Source: Eledone cirrhosa (taxonomy: Eukaryota). Taken from it: DNA of 64,000 nucleotides. Location of the stretch: assembly GCA_964016885.1 (NCBI GenBank), contig OZ024756.1:4588001-4652000 (forward strand), in the 5' to 3' direction. The notes beneath the pieces are model-generated. The model was not told where the DNA came from and did not search any database. It saw only the letters and a program-made list of their open reading frames with translations. The first letter of the stretch is position 1. Each line of letters begins with the position of its first letter. Both the position numbers and the translations under genes were made by a program. Positions 1 through 17,200 of the stretch are shown piece after piece.

Positions 1-1323
1 GAGATATACTGGAAATATACTGGAGATATACTGAGATATACTGGAGATATACCTTAGATATACTTTAGATATACTGCAGATATACTGGAGATATACTGGA
101 GATATACTGGAGATTTACTGGAGATATACTGGAGATATACTGGAGATATCCTGGAGATATACTGAAGATATCCTGGAAATATCCTGGAGATATACTGGGG
201 ATATACTAGAGATATACTGGAGATATACTGGGGATATACTAGAGATATACTGAGATATACTGGAGATTTACTGGAGATATACTGGAGATATACTGGATAT
301 ATACTGGAGATATCCTGGAGATATCCTGGAGATACACTGGAGATATGCTGGAGATATACTGGAGATATATTGTTGATATACTTAGATATACTGAAGATAT
401 ACTGGAGATATACTGGATATATACTAGAGATATACTGGAGATATACTGGTTACATACTAGAGATATACTGGAGATATACTGGAGATATACTGGAGATATA
501 CTGGAGATATACTGAGATATACTGGGGACATACTTTAGATATACTTTAGATATACTGCAGATATACTTGAGATATACTGGAGATATACTGGAGATATACT
601 GGAGATTTACTGGAGATTTACTGGAGATATCCTGGAGATATCCTGGAGATATCCTGAAGATATCCTGGAGATATCCTGGAGATATACTGGGGATATACTA
701 GAGATATACTGAGATATACTGGAGATATACTGGAGATATACTGGAGATATACTGGAGATATCCTGGAGATATCCTGGAGATATACTGGAGATATACTGGA
801 GATATACTGGAGATATACTGGAGATATACTGGAGATGTAGTAGAGATAAACTGGAGATATACTGGAAATATACTGGAGATATACTGAGATATACTGGAGA
901 TATACCTTAGATATACTTTAGATATACTGCAGATATACTGGAGATATACTGGAGATATACTGGAGATTTACTGGAGATATACTGGAGATATACTGGAGAT
1001 ATCCTGGAGATATACTGAAGATATCCTGGAAATATCCTGGAGATATACTGGGGATATACTAGAGATATACTGGAGATATACTGGGGATATACTAGAGATA
1101 TACTGAGATATACTGGAGATTTACTGGAGATATACTGGAGATATACTGGATATATACTGGAGATATCCTGGAGATATCCTGGAGATACACTGGAGATATA
1201 CTGGAGATATACTGGAGATATATTGTTGATATACTTAGATATACTGAAGATATACTGGAGATATACTGGATATATACTAGAGATATACTGGAGATATACT
1301 GGTTACATACTAGAGATATACTG
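1..1323 (+). repeat. Local higher-order duplication, offset 853 bp (about 1-470 vs about 854-1323)
   Basis: Variant GGAAATATA at 11 and 864; TCCTGGAAAT at 171 and 1024. The order of variants is the same in both copies. Confidence 0.8.
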
Positions 1324-4300
1324 GAGATATCCTGGAGATACACTGGACATATACTGGAGATATACTGGAGATATATTGTTGATATACTTAGATATACTGG
1401 AGATATACTGGAGATATACTGGATATATACTAGAGATATACTGGAGATATACTGGTTATATACTAGAGATATACTGGAGATATACTGGAGATATACTGGA
1501 GATATACTGGAGATATACTGGAGATATACTGGAGATATAATGGAGATATACTGAGATATACTGTAGATATCCGAGAGATATACTGGAGATATACTGGAGA
1601 TATACTGGAGATATACTGGAGATATACTGGAGATATACTGGAGATATACTGGAGATATACTGGAGATATACTGGAGATATACTGGAGATATACTGGAGAT
1701 ATACTGGTTATATACTAGAGATATACTGGAGATATACTGGAGATATACTGGAGATATACTGGAGATATACTGGAGATATACTGGAGATATACTGGAGATA
1801 TACTGGAGATATACTGAGATATACTGGGGATATACTGGGGATATACTGGGGATATACTGGAGATATACTGGAGATATACTGGAGATATACTGGAGATATA
1901 CTGGAGATATACTGGAGATATACTGGAGATATACTGGAGATATACTGGAGATATACTGGAGATATACTGGAGATATACTGGAGATATACTGAGATATACT
2001 GGGGATATACTTTAGATATACTTTAGATATACTGCAGATATACTTGAGATATACTGGAGATATACTGGAGATTTACTGGAGATTTACTGGAGATATACTG
2101 GAGATATCCTGGAGATATCCTGGAGATATACTGGAGATATACTGGAGATATACTCTAGATGTAGTAGAGATATCCTGGAGATATACTGGAGATATACTGG
2201 AGATATACTGGAGATATACTGGAGATATACTGGAGATGTAGTAGAGATAAAATGGAGATATACTGGAAATATACTGGAGATATACTGAGATATACTGGAG
2301 ATATACCTTAGATATACTTTAGATATACTGCAGATATACTGGAGATATACTGGAGATATACTGGAGATAAACTGGAGATATACTGGAGATAAACTCGAGA
2401 TATACTGGAGATATACTGGAGATATGCTGGTGATATACTGGAGATATGCTGGGGTTATGCTGGAGATATACTGGAGATATTCTGGAGATATAATGAGATA
2501 TAATGAGATATACTGAGATATACTGAGACATACTGGAGATATACTGCAGATATACTGGAGATATCCTGGAGATACACTGGAGATATACTGGAGATATACT
2601 GGAGATATATTGTTGATATACTTAGATATACTGGAGACATACTGGAGATATACTGGATATATACTAGAGATATACTGGAGATATACTGGTTATATACTAG
2701 AAATATACTGGAGATATACTGGAGATATACTGGAGATATACTGGAGATATACTAGAGATATACTGGAGATATACTGGAGATATGCTGGAGATATCCTGGA
2801 GATATACTGTAGATATACTGGAGATATACTGGGGATATACTGGAGATATACTGAGATATACTGTAGATATCCGAGAGATATACTGGAGATATACTGGAGA
2901 TATACTGGAGATATACTGGAGATATACTGGAGATATACTGGAGATATACTGGGGATATAATGGAGATATACTGAGATATACTGTAGATATCCGAGAGATA
3001 AACTGGAGATATACTGGAGATATGCTGGAGATATACTGGTGATATACTGGAGATATCCTGGAGATATACTGGAGATATACTGGGGATATAATGGAGATAT
3101 ACTGAGATATACTTTAGATATCCGAGAGATATACTGGAGATATCCTGGAGATATACAGGAGATATACTGGAGATATCCTGGAGATATACTGGAGATATAC
3201 TGGAGATATACTGGGGATATAATGGAGATATACTGAGACATACTGTAGATATCCGAGAGATATACTGGAGATATGCTGGAGATATACTGGAGATATACTG
3301 GAGATATACTGGAGATATCCTGGAGATATACTGCAGATATACTGGAGATATACTGGGGATATAATGGAGATATACTGAGATATACTGTAGATATCCGAGA
3401 GACATACTGGAGATATACTGGAGATATACTGGAGATATACTGGAGATATACTGGAGATATACCGTAGATATACTGGAGATATACTGGAGATATACTGGAG
3501 ATATACTGGAGATATACTGGAGATATACTGGAGATATACTGGAGATATACTGGAGATATACTGGAGATATACTGAGATATACTGGGGATATACTTTAGAT
3601 ATACTGCAGATATACTGGAGATATACTGCAGATATACTGGAGATGTAGTAGAGATAAACTGGAGATAAACTGGAGATATACTGGAGATATACTGGAGATA
3701 TACTGGAGATATACTGGAGATATACTGGAGATATACTGGAGATATACTGGAGATATACTGGGGATATACTGGAGATATACTGGAGATATACTGGAGATAT
3801 ACTGGAGATATACTGCAGATATACTGCAGATATACTGGAGATATACTGGAGATATACTGGAGATATACTGGAGATATACTGGAGATATACTGAGATATAC
3901 TGGGGACATACTTTAGATATACTTTAGATATACTGCAGATATACTTGAGATATACTGGAGATATACTGGAGATATACTGGAGATTTACTGGAGATTTACT
4001 GGAGATATCCTGGAGATATCCTGGAGATATCCTGAAGATATCCTGGAGATATCCTGGAGATATACTGGGGATATACTAGAGATATACTGAGATATACTGG
4101 AGATATACTGGAGATATACTGGAGATATACTGGAGATATCCTGGAGATATCCTGGAGATATACTGGAGATATACTGGAGATATACTGGAGATATACTGGA
4201 GATATACTGGAGATGTAGTAGAGATAAACTGGAGATATACTGGAAATATACTGGAGATATACTGAGATATACTGGAGATATACCTTAGATATACTTTAGA

Positions 4301-5200
4301 TATACTGCAGATATACTGGAGATATACTGGAGATATACTGGAGATTTACTGGAGATATACTGGAGATATACTGGAGATATCCTGGAGATATACTGAAGAT
4401 ATCCTGGAAATATCCTGGAGATATACTGGGGATATACTAGAGATATACTGGAGATATACTGGGGATATACTAGAGATATACTGAGATATACTGGAGATTT
4501 ACTGGAGATATACTGGAGATATACTGGATATATACTGGAGATATCCTGGAGATATCCTGGAGATACACTGGAGATATACTGGAGATATACTGGAGATATA
4601 TTGTTGATATACTTAGATATACTGAAGATATACTGGAGATATACTGGATATATACTAGAGATATACTGGAGATATACTGGTTACATACTAGAGATATACT
4701 GGAGATATCCTGGAGATACACTGGACATATACTGGAGATATACTGGAGATATATTGTTGATATACTTAGATATACTGGAGATATACTGGAGATATACTGG
4801 ATATATACTAGAGATATACTGGAGATATACTGGTTATATACTAGGGATATACTGGAGATATACTGGAGATATACTGGAGATATACTGGAGATATACTGGA
4901 GATATACTGGAGATATAATGGAGATATACTGAGATATACTGTAGATATCCGAGAGATATACTGGAGATATACTGGAGATATACTGGAGATATACTGGAGA
5001 TATACTGGAGATATACTGGAGATATACTGGAGATATACTGGAGATATACTGGAGATATACTGGAGATATACTGGTTATATACTAGAGATATACTGGAGAT
5101 ATACTGGAGATATACTGGAGATATACTGGAGATATACTGGAGATATACTGGAGATATACTGGAGATATACTGGAGATATACTGAGATATACTGGGGATAT
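490..5200 (+). repeat. Duplicated block of about 1.3 kb, offset 3378 bp (about 490-1830 vs about 3870-5200)
   Basis: Rare variants TGGGGACATA at 523/3901 and CACTGGACAT at 1341/4719. ORF translations at 1092 and 4470 are identical. Confidence 0.85.
1223..1528 (+). repeat. Representative 153-bp (14-monomer) doublet marked by TTGTTGATATACTTAG
   Basis: Marker at 1223 and 1376. The same 153-bp spacing occurs at 7219/7372, 31109/31262 and other sites. Confidence 0.82.
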
Positions 5201-8200
5201 ACTTTAGATATACTGCAGATATACTGGAGATATACTGGAGATATACTGGAGATGTAGTAGAGATAAACTGGAGATAAACTGGAGATATACTGGAGATATA
5301 CTGGAGATATACTGGAGATATACTGGAGATATACTGGAGATATACTGGAGATATACTGGAGATATACTGGAGATATACTGGGGATATACTGGAGATATAC
5401 TGGAGATATACTGGAGATATACTGGAGATATACTGGAGATATACTGGAGATATACTGGAGATATACTGGAGATATACTGGGGATATACTGGAGATATACT
5501 GGAGATATACTGGAGATATACTGGAGATATGCTGCAGATATACTGCAGATATACTGCAGATATACTGGAGATATACTGGAGATATACTGAGATATACTGG
5601 GGATATACTTTAGATATACTTTAGATATACTGCAGATATACTTGAGATATACTGGAGATATACTGGAGATTTACTGGAGATTTACTGGAGATTTACTGGA
5701 GATATACTGGAGATATACTGGAGATATCCTGGAGATATCCTGGAGATATCCTGGAGATATACTGAAGATATCCTGGAGATATCCTGGAGATATACTGGGG
5801 ATATACTAGAGATATACTGAGATATACTGGAGATATACTGGAGATATACTGGAGATATACTGGAGATATCCTGGAGATATCCTGGAGATATACTGGAGAT
5901 ATACTGGAGATATACTGTAGATGTAGTAGAGATATCCTGGAGATATACTGGAGATATACTGGAGATATACTGGAGATATACTGGAGATATACTGGAGATA
6001 TACTGGAGATATACTGGAGATATACTGGAGATATACCGTAGATATACTGGAGATATACTGGAGATATACTGGAGATATACTGGAGATATACTGGAGATAT
6101 ACTGGAGATATACTGGAGATATACTGGAGATATACTGGAGATATACTGAGATATACTGGGGATATACTTTAGATATACTGCAGATATACTGGAGATATAC
6201 TGGAGATATACTGGAGATGTAGTAGAGATAAACTGGAGATAAACTGGAGATATACTGGAGATATACTGGAGATATACTGGAGATATACTGGAGATATACT
6301 GGAGATATACTGGAGATGTACTGGAGATATACTGGGGTTATACTGGAGATATACTGGAGATATACTGGAGATATACTGGAGATATACTGCAGATATACTG
6401 CATATATACTGGAGTTATACTGGAGATATACTGGAGATATACTGGAGATATACTGGAGATATACTGAGATATACTGGGGATATACTTTAGATATACTTTA
6501 GATATACTGCAGATATACTTGAGATATACTGGAGATATACTGGAGATTTACTGGAGATTTACTGGAGATTTACTGGAGATATACTGAAGATATCCTGGAG
6601 ATATCCTGGAGATATACTGGGGATATACTAGAGATATACTGAGATATACTGGAGATATACTGGAGATATACTGGAGATATACTGGAGATATACTGGAGAT
6701 ATCCTGGAGATATACTGTAGATGTAGTAGAGATATCCTGGAGATATACTGGAGATATACTGGAGATATACTGGAGATATACTGGAGATATACTGGAGATA
6801 TACTGGAGATATACTGGAGATATACTGGAGATATACTGGAGATGTAGTAGAGATAAACTGGAGATAAACTGGAGATATACTGGAAATATACTGGAGATAT
6901 ACTGAGATATACTGGAGATATACCTTAGATATACTTTAGATATACTGCAGATATACTGGAGATATACTGGAGAGATACTGGAGATATCCTGGAGATATCC
7001 TGGAGATATACTGAAGATATCCTGGAAATATCCTGGAGATATACTGGGGATATACTAGAGATATACTGGAGATATACTGGGGATATACAAGAGATATACT
7101 GAGATATACTGGAGATTTACTGGAGATATACTGGAGATATACTGGATATATACTGGAGATATCCTGGAGATATCCTGGAGATACACTGGAGATATACTGG
7201 AGATATACTGGAGATATATTGTTGATATACTTAGATATACTGGAGATATACTGGAGATATACTGGATATATACTAGAGATATACTGGAGATATACTGGTT
7301 ACATACTAGAGATATACTGGAGATATCCTGGAGATACACTGGAGATATACTGGAGATATAATGGAGATATATTGTTGATATACTTAGATATACTGGAGAT
7401 ATACTGGAGATATACTGGATATATACTAGATATATACTGGAGATATACTGGTTATATACTAGAGATATACTGGAGATATACTGGAGATATACTGGAGATA
7501 TACTGGAGATATACTGGAGATATACTGGAGATATACTGTAGATATACTGGAGATATACTGGGGATATACTGGAGATATACTGAGATATACTGTAGATATC
7601 CGAGAGATATACTGGAGATATACTGGAGATATACTGGAGATATACTGGAGATATACTGGAGATATACTGGGGATATAATGGAGATATACTGAGATATACT
7701 GTAGATATCCGAGAGATAAACTGGAGATATACTGGAGATATGCTGGAGATATACTGGTGATATACTGGAGATATCCTGGAGATATACTGGAGATATACTG
7801 GGGATATAATGGAGATATACTGAGATATACTTCAGATATCCGAGACATATACTGGAGATATCCTGGAGATACACAGGAGATATACTGGAGATATCCTGGA
7901 GATATACTGGAGATATACTGGAGATATACTGGGGTTATAATGGAGATATACTGAGATATACTGTAGATATCCGAGAGATATACTGGAGATATGCTGGAGA
8001 TATACTGGAGATATACTGGAGATATACTGTAGATATCCTGGAGATATACTGGAGATATACTGGGGATATAATGGAGATATACTGAGATATACTGTAGATA
8101 TCCGAGAGATATACTGGAGATATACTGGAGATATACTGGAGATATACTGGAGATATACTGGAGATATACTGGAGATATACTGGAGATATACTGTAGATAT

Positions 8201-11200
8201 ACTGGAGATATACTGGAGATATACTGGAGATATACTGGAGATATACTGGAGATATACTGGAGATATACTGGAGATATACTGGAGATATACTGGAGATATA
8301 CTGGAGATATACTGAGATATACTGGGTATATACTTTAGAGATACTGCAGATATACTGGAGATATACTGGAGATATACTGGAGATGTAGTAGAGATAAACT
8401 GGAGATAAACTGGAGATATACTGGAGATATGCTGGAGATATACTGGAGATATACTGGAGATATACTGGAGATATACTGGAGATATACTGGAGATATACTG
8501 GAGATATACTGGAGATATACTGGGGATATACTGGAGATATACTGGAGATATACTGGAGATATACTGGAGATATACTGGAGATATACTGGAGATATACTGA
8601 GATATACTGTGGATATACTTTAGATATACTTTAGATATACTGCAGATATACTTGAGATATACTGGAGATATATTGGAGATTTACTGGAGATTTACTGGAG
8701 ATATACTGGAGATATACTGGAGATATCCTGGAGATATCCTGGAGATATACTGAAGATATCCTGGAGATATCCTGGAGATATACTGGGGATATACTAGAGA
8801 TATACTGAGATATACTGGGGATATACTGGAGATATACTGGAGATTTCCTGGAGATATCCTGGAGATATACTGGAGATATATTGTAGATGTAGTAGAGATA
8901 TCCTGGAGATATACTGGAGATATACTGGAGATATACTGGAGACATACTGGAGATATACTGGAGATATACTGGAGATGTAGTAGAGATAAACTGGAGATAT
9001 ACTGGAAATATACTGGAGATATACTGAGATATACTGGAGATATACCTTAGATATACCTTAGATATACCTTAGATATACTTCAGATTTACTGGAGATATAC
9101 TGGAGATATACTGGAGATATCCTGGAGATATCCTGGAGATATACTGAAGATATCCTGGAGATATCCTGGAGATATACTGGGGATATACTAGAGATATACT
9201 GGAGATATACTGGGGATATACTAGAGATATACTGAGATATACTGGAGATTTACTGGAGATATACTGGAGATATACTGGAGATATACTGGAGATATCCTGG
9301 AGATATCCTGGAGATACACTGGAGATATACTGGAGATATATTGTTGATATACTTAGATATACTGGAGATATACTGGAGATATACTGGATATATACTAGAG
9401 ATATACTGGAGATATACTGGTTATATACTAATGATATACTGGAGTTATACTGGAGATATACTGGAGATATACCTGAGATATACTGGAGATATACTGGAGA
9501 TATACTGGAGATATACTGGAGATAAACTGGAGATATACTGGAGATAAACTCGTGATATACTGGAGATATACTGGAGATATGCTGGTGATATACTGGAGAT
9601 ATGCTGGGGTTATGCTGGAGATATACTGGAGATATTCTGGAGATATTCTGGAGATATAATGAGATATAATGAGATATACTGAGATATACTGAGACATACT
9701 GGAGATATACTGGAGATATACTGGAAATATACTGGAGATATACTGCAGATATACTGGAGATATCCTGGAGATACACTGGAGATATACTGGAGATATACTG
9801 GAGATATATTGTTGATATACTTAGATATACTGGAGATATACTGGAGATATACTAGAGATATACTGGAGATATACTGGTTATATACTAGAGATATACTGGA
9901 GATATACTGGAGATATACTGGAGATATACTGGAGATATACTGGAGATATACTGGAGATATACTGGAGATATGCTGGAGATATCCTGGAGATATACTGTAG
10001 ATATACTGGAGATATACTGGGGATATACTGGAGATATACTGAGATATACTGGAGATATACTGGAGATATACTGGGGATATAATGGAGATATACTGAGACA
10101 TACTGTAGATATCCGAGAGATATACTGGAGATATGCTGGAGATATACTGGAGATATGCTGGAGATATACTGGAGATATACTGGAGATATACTGGAGATAT
10201 CCTGGAGATATACTGGAGATATAATGGAGATATACTGGAGATATACTGGAGATATACTGTAGATATACTGGAGATATACTGGAGATATACTGGAGATATA
10301 CTGGGGATATACTGGAGATATACTGGAGATATACTGAGATATACTGGGGATATACTTTAGATATACTGCAGATATACTGGAGATATACTGGAGATGTAGT
10401 AGAGATAAACTGGAGATAAACTGGAGATATACTGGAGTTATACTGGAGATATACTGGAGATATACTGGAGATATACTGGAGATATACTGTAGATGTAGTA
10501 GAGATATCCTGGAGATATACTGGAGATATACTGGAGATATACTGGAGATATACTGGAGATATACTGGAGATGTAGTAGAGATAAACTGGAGATATACTGG
10601 AAATATACTGGAGATATACTGAGATATACTGGAGATATACCTTAGATATACTTTAGATATACTTTAGATATACTGGAGATATACTGGAGATATACTGGAG
10701 ATATACTGAGATATACTGGGGATATACTTTAGATATACTGCAGATATACTGGAGATATACTGGAGATATACTGGTTATATACTAGAGATATACTGGAGAT
10801 ATACTGGAGATATACTGGAGATATACTGGAGATATACTGGAGATATACTGGAGATATACTGGAGATATACTGAGATATACTGGGGATATACTTTAGATAT
10901 ACTGCAGATATACTGGAGATATACTGGAGATATACTGGAGATGTAGTAGAGATAAACTGGAGATAAACTGGAGATATACTGGAGATATACTGGAGATATA
11001 CTGGAGATATACTGGAGATATACTGGAGATATACTGGAGATATACTGGAGATATACTGGAGATATACTGGGGATATACTGGAGATATACTGGAGATATAC
11101 TGGAGATATACTGGAGATATACTGGAGATATACTGGAGATATACTGGAGATATACTGGAGATATACTGGGGATATACTGGAGATATACTGGAGATATACT

Positions 11201-14200
11201 GGAGATATACTGGAGATATGCTGCAGATATACTGCAGATATACTGCAGATATACTGGAGATATACTGGAGATATACTGAGATATACTGGGGATATACTTT
11301 AGATATACTTTAGATATACTGCAGATATACTTGAGATATACTGGAGATATACTGGAGATTTACTGGAGATTTACTGGAGATTTACTGGAGATATACTGGA
11401 GATATACTGGAGATATCCTGGAGATATCCTGGAGATATCCTGGAGATATACTGAAGATATCCTGGACATATCCTGGAGATATACTGGGGATATACTAGAG
11501 ATATACTGAGATATACTGGAGATATACTGGAGATATACTGGAGATATACTGGAGATATCCTGGAGATATCCTGGAGATATACTGGAGATATACTGGAGAT
11601 ATACTGTAGATGTAGTAGAGATATCCTGGAGATATACTGGAGATATACTGGAGATATACTGGAGATATACTGGAGATATACTGGAGATATACTGGAGATA
11701 TACCGTAGATATACTGGAGATATACTGGAGATATACTGGAGATATACTGGAGATATACTGGAGATATACTGGAGATATACTGGAGATATACTGGAGATAT
11801 ACTGGAGATATACTGAGATATACTGGGGATATACTTTAGATATACTGCAGATATACTGGAGATATACTGGAGATATACTGGAGATGTAGTAGAGATAAAC
11901 TGGAGATAAACTGGAGATATACTGGAGATATACTGGAGATATACTGGAGATATACTGGAGATATACTGGAGATATACTGGAGATGTACTGGAGATATACT
12001 GGGGTTATACTGGAGATATACTGGAGATATACTGGAGATATACTGGAGATATACTGCAGATATACTGCATATATACTGGAGTTATACTGGAGATATACTG
12101 GAGATATACTGGAGATATACTGGAGATATACTGAGATATACTGGGGATATACTTTAGATATACTTTAGATATACTGCAGATATACTTGAGATATACTGGA
12201 GATATACTGGAGATTTACTGGAGATTTACTGGAGATTTACTGGAGATATACTGAAGATATCCTGGAGATATCCTGGAGATATACTGGGGATATACTAGAG
12301 ATATACTGAGATATACTGGAGATATACTGGAGATATACTGGAGATATACTGGAGATATACTGGAGATATCCTGGAGATATACTGTAGATGTAGTAGAGAT
12401 ATCCTGGAGATATACTGGAGATATACTGGAGATATACTGGAGATATACTGGAGATATACTGGAGATATACTGGAGATATACTGGAGATGTAGTAGAGATA
12501 AACTGGAGATATACTGGAGATATACTGGAGATATACTGGAGATATACTGGAGATATACTGGAGATATACTGGAGATGTACTGGAGATATACTGGAGATAT
12601 ACTGGAGAGATACTGGAGATATCCTGGAGATATCCTGGAGATATACTGAAGATATCCTGGAAATATCCTGGAGATATACTGGGGATATACTAGAGATATA
12701 CTGGAGATATACTGGGGATATACTAGAGATATACTGAGATATACTGGAGATTTACTGGAGATATACTGGAGATATACTGGATATATACTGGAGATATCCT
12801 GGAGATATCCTGGAGATACACTGGAGATATACTGGAGATATACTGGAGATATATTGTTGATATACTTAGATATACTGGAGATATACTGGAGATATACTGG
12901 ATATATACTAGAGATATACTGGAGATATACTGGTTACATACTAGAGATATACTGGAGATATCCTGGAGATACACTGGAGATATACTGGAGATATAATGGA
13001 GATATATTGTTGATATACTTAGATATACTGGAGATATACTGGAGATATACTGGATATATACTAGATATATACTGGAGATATACTGGTTATATACTAGAGA
13101 TATACTGGAGATATACTGGAGATATACTGGAGATATACTGGAGATATACTGGAGATATACTGGAGATATACTGTAGATATACTGGAGATATACTGGGGAT
13201 ATACTGGAGATATACTGAGATATACTGTAGATATCCGAGAGATATACTGGAGATATACTGGAGATATACTGGAGATATACTGGAGATATACTGGAGATAT
13301 ACTGGGGATATAATGGAGATATACTGAGATATACTGTAGATATCCGAGAGATAAACTGGAGATATACTGGAGATATGCTGGAGATATACTGGTGATATAC
13401 TGGAGATATCCTGGAGATATACTGGAGATATACTGGGGATATAATGGAGATATACTGAGATATACTTCAGATATCCGAGACATATACTGGAGATATCCTG
13501 GAGATACACAGGAGATATACTGGAGATATCCTGGAGATATACTGGAGATATACTGGAGATATACTGGGGTTATAATGGAGATATACTGAGATATACTGTA
13601 GATATCCGAGAGATATACTGGAGATATGCTGGAGATATACTGGAGATATACTGGAGATATACTGTAGATATCCTGGAGATATACTGGAGATATACTGGGG
13701 ATATAATGGAGATATACTGAGATATACTGTAGATATCCGAGAGATATACTGGAGATATACTGGAGATATACTGGAGATATACTGGAGATATACTGGAGAT
13801 ATACTGGAGATATACTGGAGATATACTGTAGATATACTGGAGATATACTGGAGATATACTGGAGATATACTGGAGATATACTGGAGATATACTGGAGATA
13901 TACTGGAGATATACTGGAGATATACTGGAGATATACTGGAGATATACTGAGATATACTGGGTATATACTTTAGAGATACTGCAGATATACTGGAGATATA
14001 CTGGAGATATACTGGAGATGTAGTAGAGATAAACTGGAGATAAACTGGAGATATACTGGAGATATGCTGGAGATATACTGGAGATATACTGGAGATATAC
14101 TGGAGATATACTGGAGATATACTGGAGATATACTGGAGATATACTGGAGATATACTGGGGATATACTGGAGATATACTGGAGATATACTGGAGATATACT

Positions 14201-17200
14201 GGAGATATACTGGAGATATACTGGAGATATACTGAGATATACTGTGGATATACTTTAGATATACTTTAGATATACTGCAGATATACTTGAGATATACTGG
14301 AGATATATTGGAGATTTACTGGAGATTTACTGGAGATATACTGGAGATATACTGGAGATATCCTGGAGATATCCTGGAGATATACTGAAGATATCCTGGA
14401 GATATCCTGGAGATATACTGGGGATATACTAGAGATATACTGAGATATACTGGGGATATACTGGAGATATACTGGAGATTTCCTGGAGATATCCTGGAGA
14501 TATACTGGAGATATATTGTAGATGTAGTAGAGATATCCTGGAGATATACTGGAGATATACTGGAGATATACTGGAGACATACTGGAGATATACTGGAGAT
14601 ATACTGGAGATGTAGTAGAGATAAACTGGAGATATACTGGAAATATACTGGAGATATACTGAGATATACTGGAGATATACCTTAGATATACCTTAGATAT
14701 ACCTTAGATATACTTCAGATTTACTGGAGATATACTGGAGATATACTGGAGATATCCTGGAGATATCCTGGAGATATACTGAAGATATCCTGGAGATATC
14801 CTGGAGATATACTGGGGATATACTAGAGATATACTGGAGATATACTGGGGATATACTAGAGATATACTGAGATATACTGGAGATTTACTGGAGATATACT
14901 GGAGATATACTGGAGATATACTGGAGATATCCTGGAGATATCCTGGAGATACACTGGAGATATACTGGAGATATATTGTTGATATACTTAGATATACTGG
15001 AGATATACTGGAGATATACTGGATATATACTAGAGATATACTGGAGATATACTGGTTATATACTAATGATATACTGGAGTTATACTGGAGATATACTGGA
15101 GATATACCTGAGATATACTGGAGATATACTGGAGATATACTGGAGATATACTGGAGATAAACTGGAGATATACTGGAGATAAACTCGTGATATACTGGAG
15201 ATATACTGGAGATATGCTGGTGATATACTGGAGATATGCTGGGGTTATGCTGGAGATATACTGGAGATATTCTGGAGATATTCTGGAGATATAATGAGAT
15301 ATAATGAGATATACTGAGATATACTGAGACATACTGGAGATATACTGGAGATATACTGGAAATATACTGGAGATATACTGCAGATATACTGGAGATATCC
15401 TGGAGATACACTGGAGATATACTGGAGATATACTGGAGATATATTGTTGATATACTTAGATATACTGGAGATATACTGGAGATATACTAGAGATATACTG
15501 GAGATATACTGGTTATATACTAGAGATATACTGGAGATATACTGGAGATATACTGGAGATATACTGGAGATATACTGGAGATATACTGGAGATATACTGG
15601 AGATATGCTGGAGATATCCTGGAGATATACTGTAGATATACTGGAGATATACTGGGGATATACTGGAGATATACTGAGATATACTGTAGATATCCGAGAG
15701 ATAAACTGGAGATATACTGGAGATATGCTGGAGATATACTGGTGATATACTGGAGATATCCTGGAGATATACTGGAGATATACTGGGGATATAATGGAGA
15801 TATACTGAGATATACTTTAGATATCCGAGAGATATACTGGAGATATCCTGGAGATATACAGGAGATATACTGGAGATATCCTGGAGATATACTGGAGATA
15901 TACTGGAGATATACTGGGGATATAATGGAGATATACTGAGACATACTGTAGATATCCGAGAGATATACTGGAGATATGCTGGAGATATACTGGAGATATG
16001 CTGGAGATATACTGGAGATATACTGGAGATATACTGGAGATATCCTGGAGATATACTGGAGATATAATGGAGATATACTGGAGATATACTGGAGATATAC
16101 TGTAGATATACTGGAGATATACTGGAGATATACTGGAGATATACTGGGGATATACTGGAGATATACTGGAGATATACTGAGATATACTGGGGATATACTT
16201 TAGATATACTGCAGATATACTGGAGATATACTGGAGATGTAGTAGAGATAAACTGGAGATAAACTGGAGATATACTGGAGTTATACTGGAGATATACTGG
16301 AGATATACTGGAGATATACTGGAGATATACTGTAGATGTAGTAGAGATATCCTGGAGATATACTGGAGATATACTGGAGATATACTGGAGATATACTGGA
16401 GATATACTGGAGATGTAGTAGAGATAAACTGGAGATATACTGGAAATATACTGGAGATATACTGAGATATACTGGAGATATACCTTAGATATACTTTAGA
16501 TATACTTTAGATATACTGGAGATATACTGGAGATATACTGGAGATATACTGAGATATACTGGGGATATACTTTAGATATACTGCAGATATACTGGAGATA
16601 TACTGGAGATATACTGGTTATATACTAGAGATATACTGGAGATATACTGGAGATATACTGGAGATATACTGGAGATATACTGGAGATATACTGGAGATAT
16701 ACTGGAGATATACTGAGATATACTGGGGATATACTTTAGATATACTGCAGATATACTGGAGATATACTGGAGATATACTGGAGATGTAGTAGAGATAAAC
16801 TGGAGATAAACTGGAGATATACTGGAGATATACTGGAGATATACTGGAGATATACTGGAGATATACTGGAGATATACTGGAGATATACTGGAGATATACT
16901 GGAGATATACTGGGGATATACTGGAGATATACTGGAGATATACTGGAGATATACTGGAGATATACTGGAGATATACTGGAGATATACTGGAGATATACTG
17001 GAGATATACTGGGGATATACTGGAGATATACTGGAGATATACTGGAGATATACTGGAGATATGCTGCAGATATACTGCAGATATACTGCAGATATACTGG
17101 AGATATACTGGAGATATACTGAGATATACTGGGGATATACTTTAGATATACTTTAGATATACTGCAGATATACTTGAGATATACTGGAGATATACTGGAG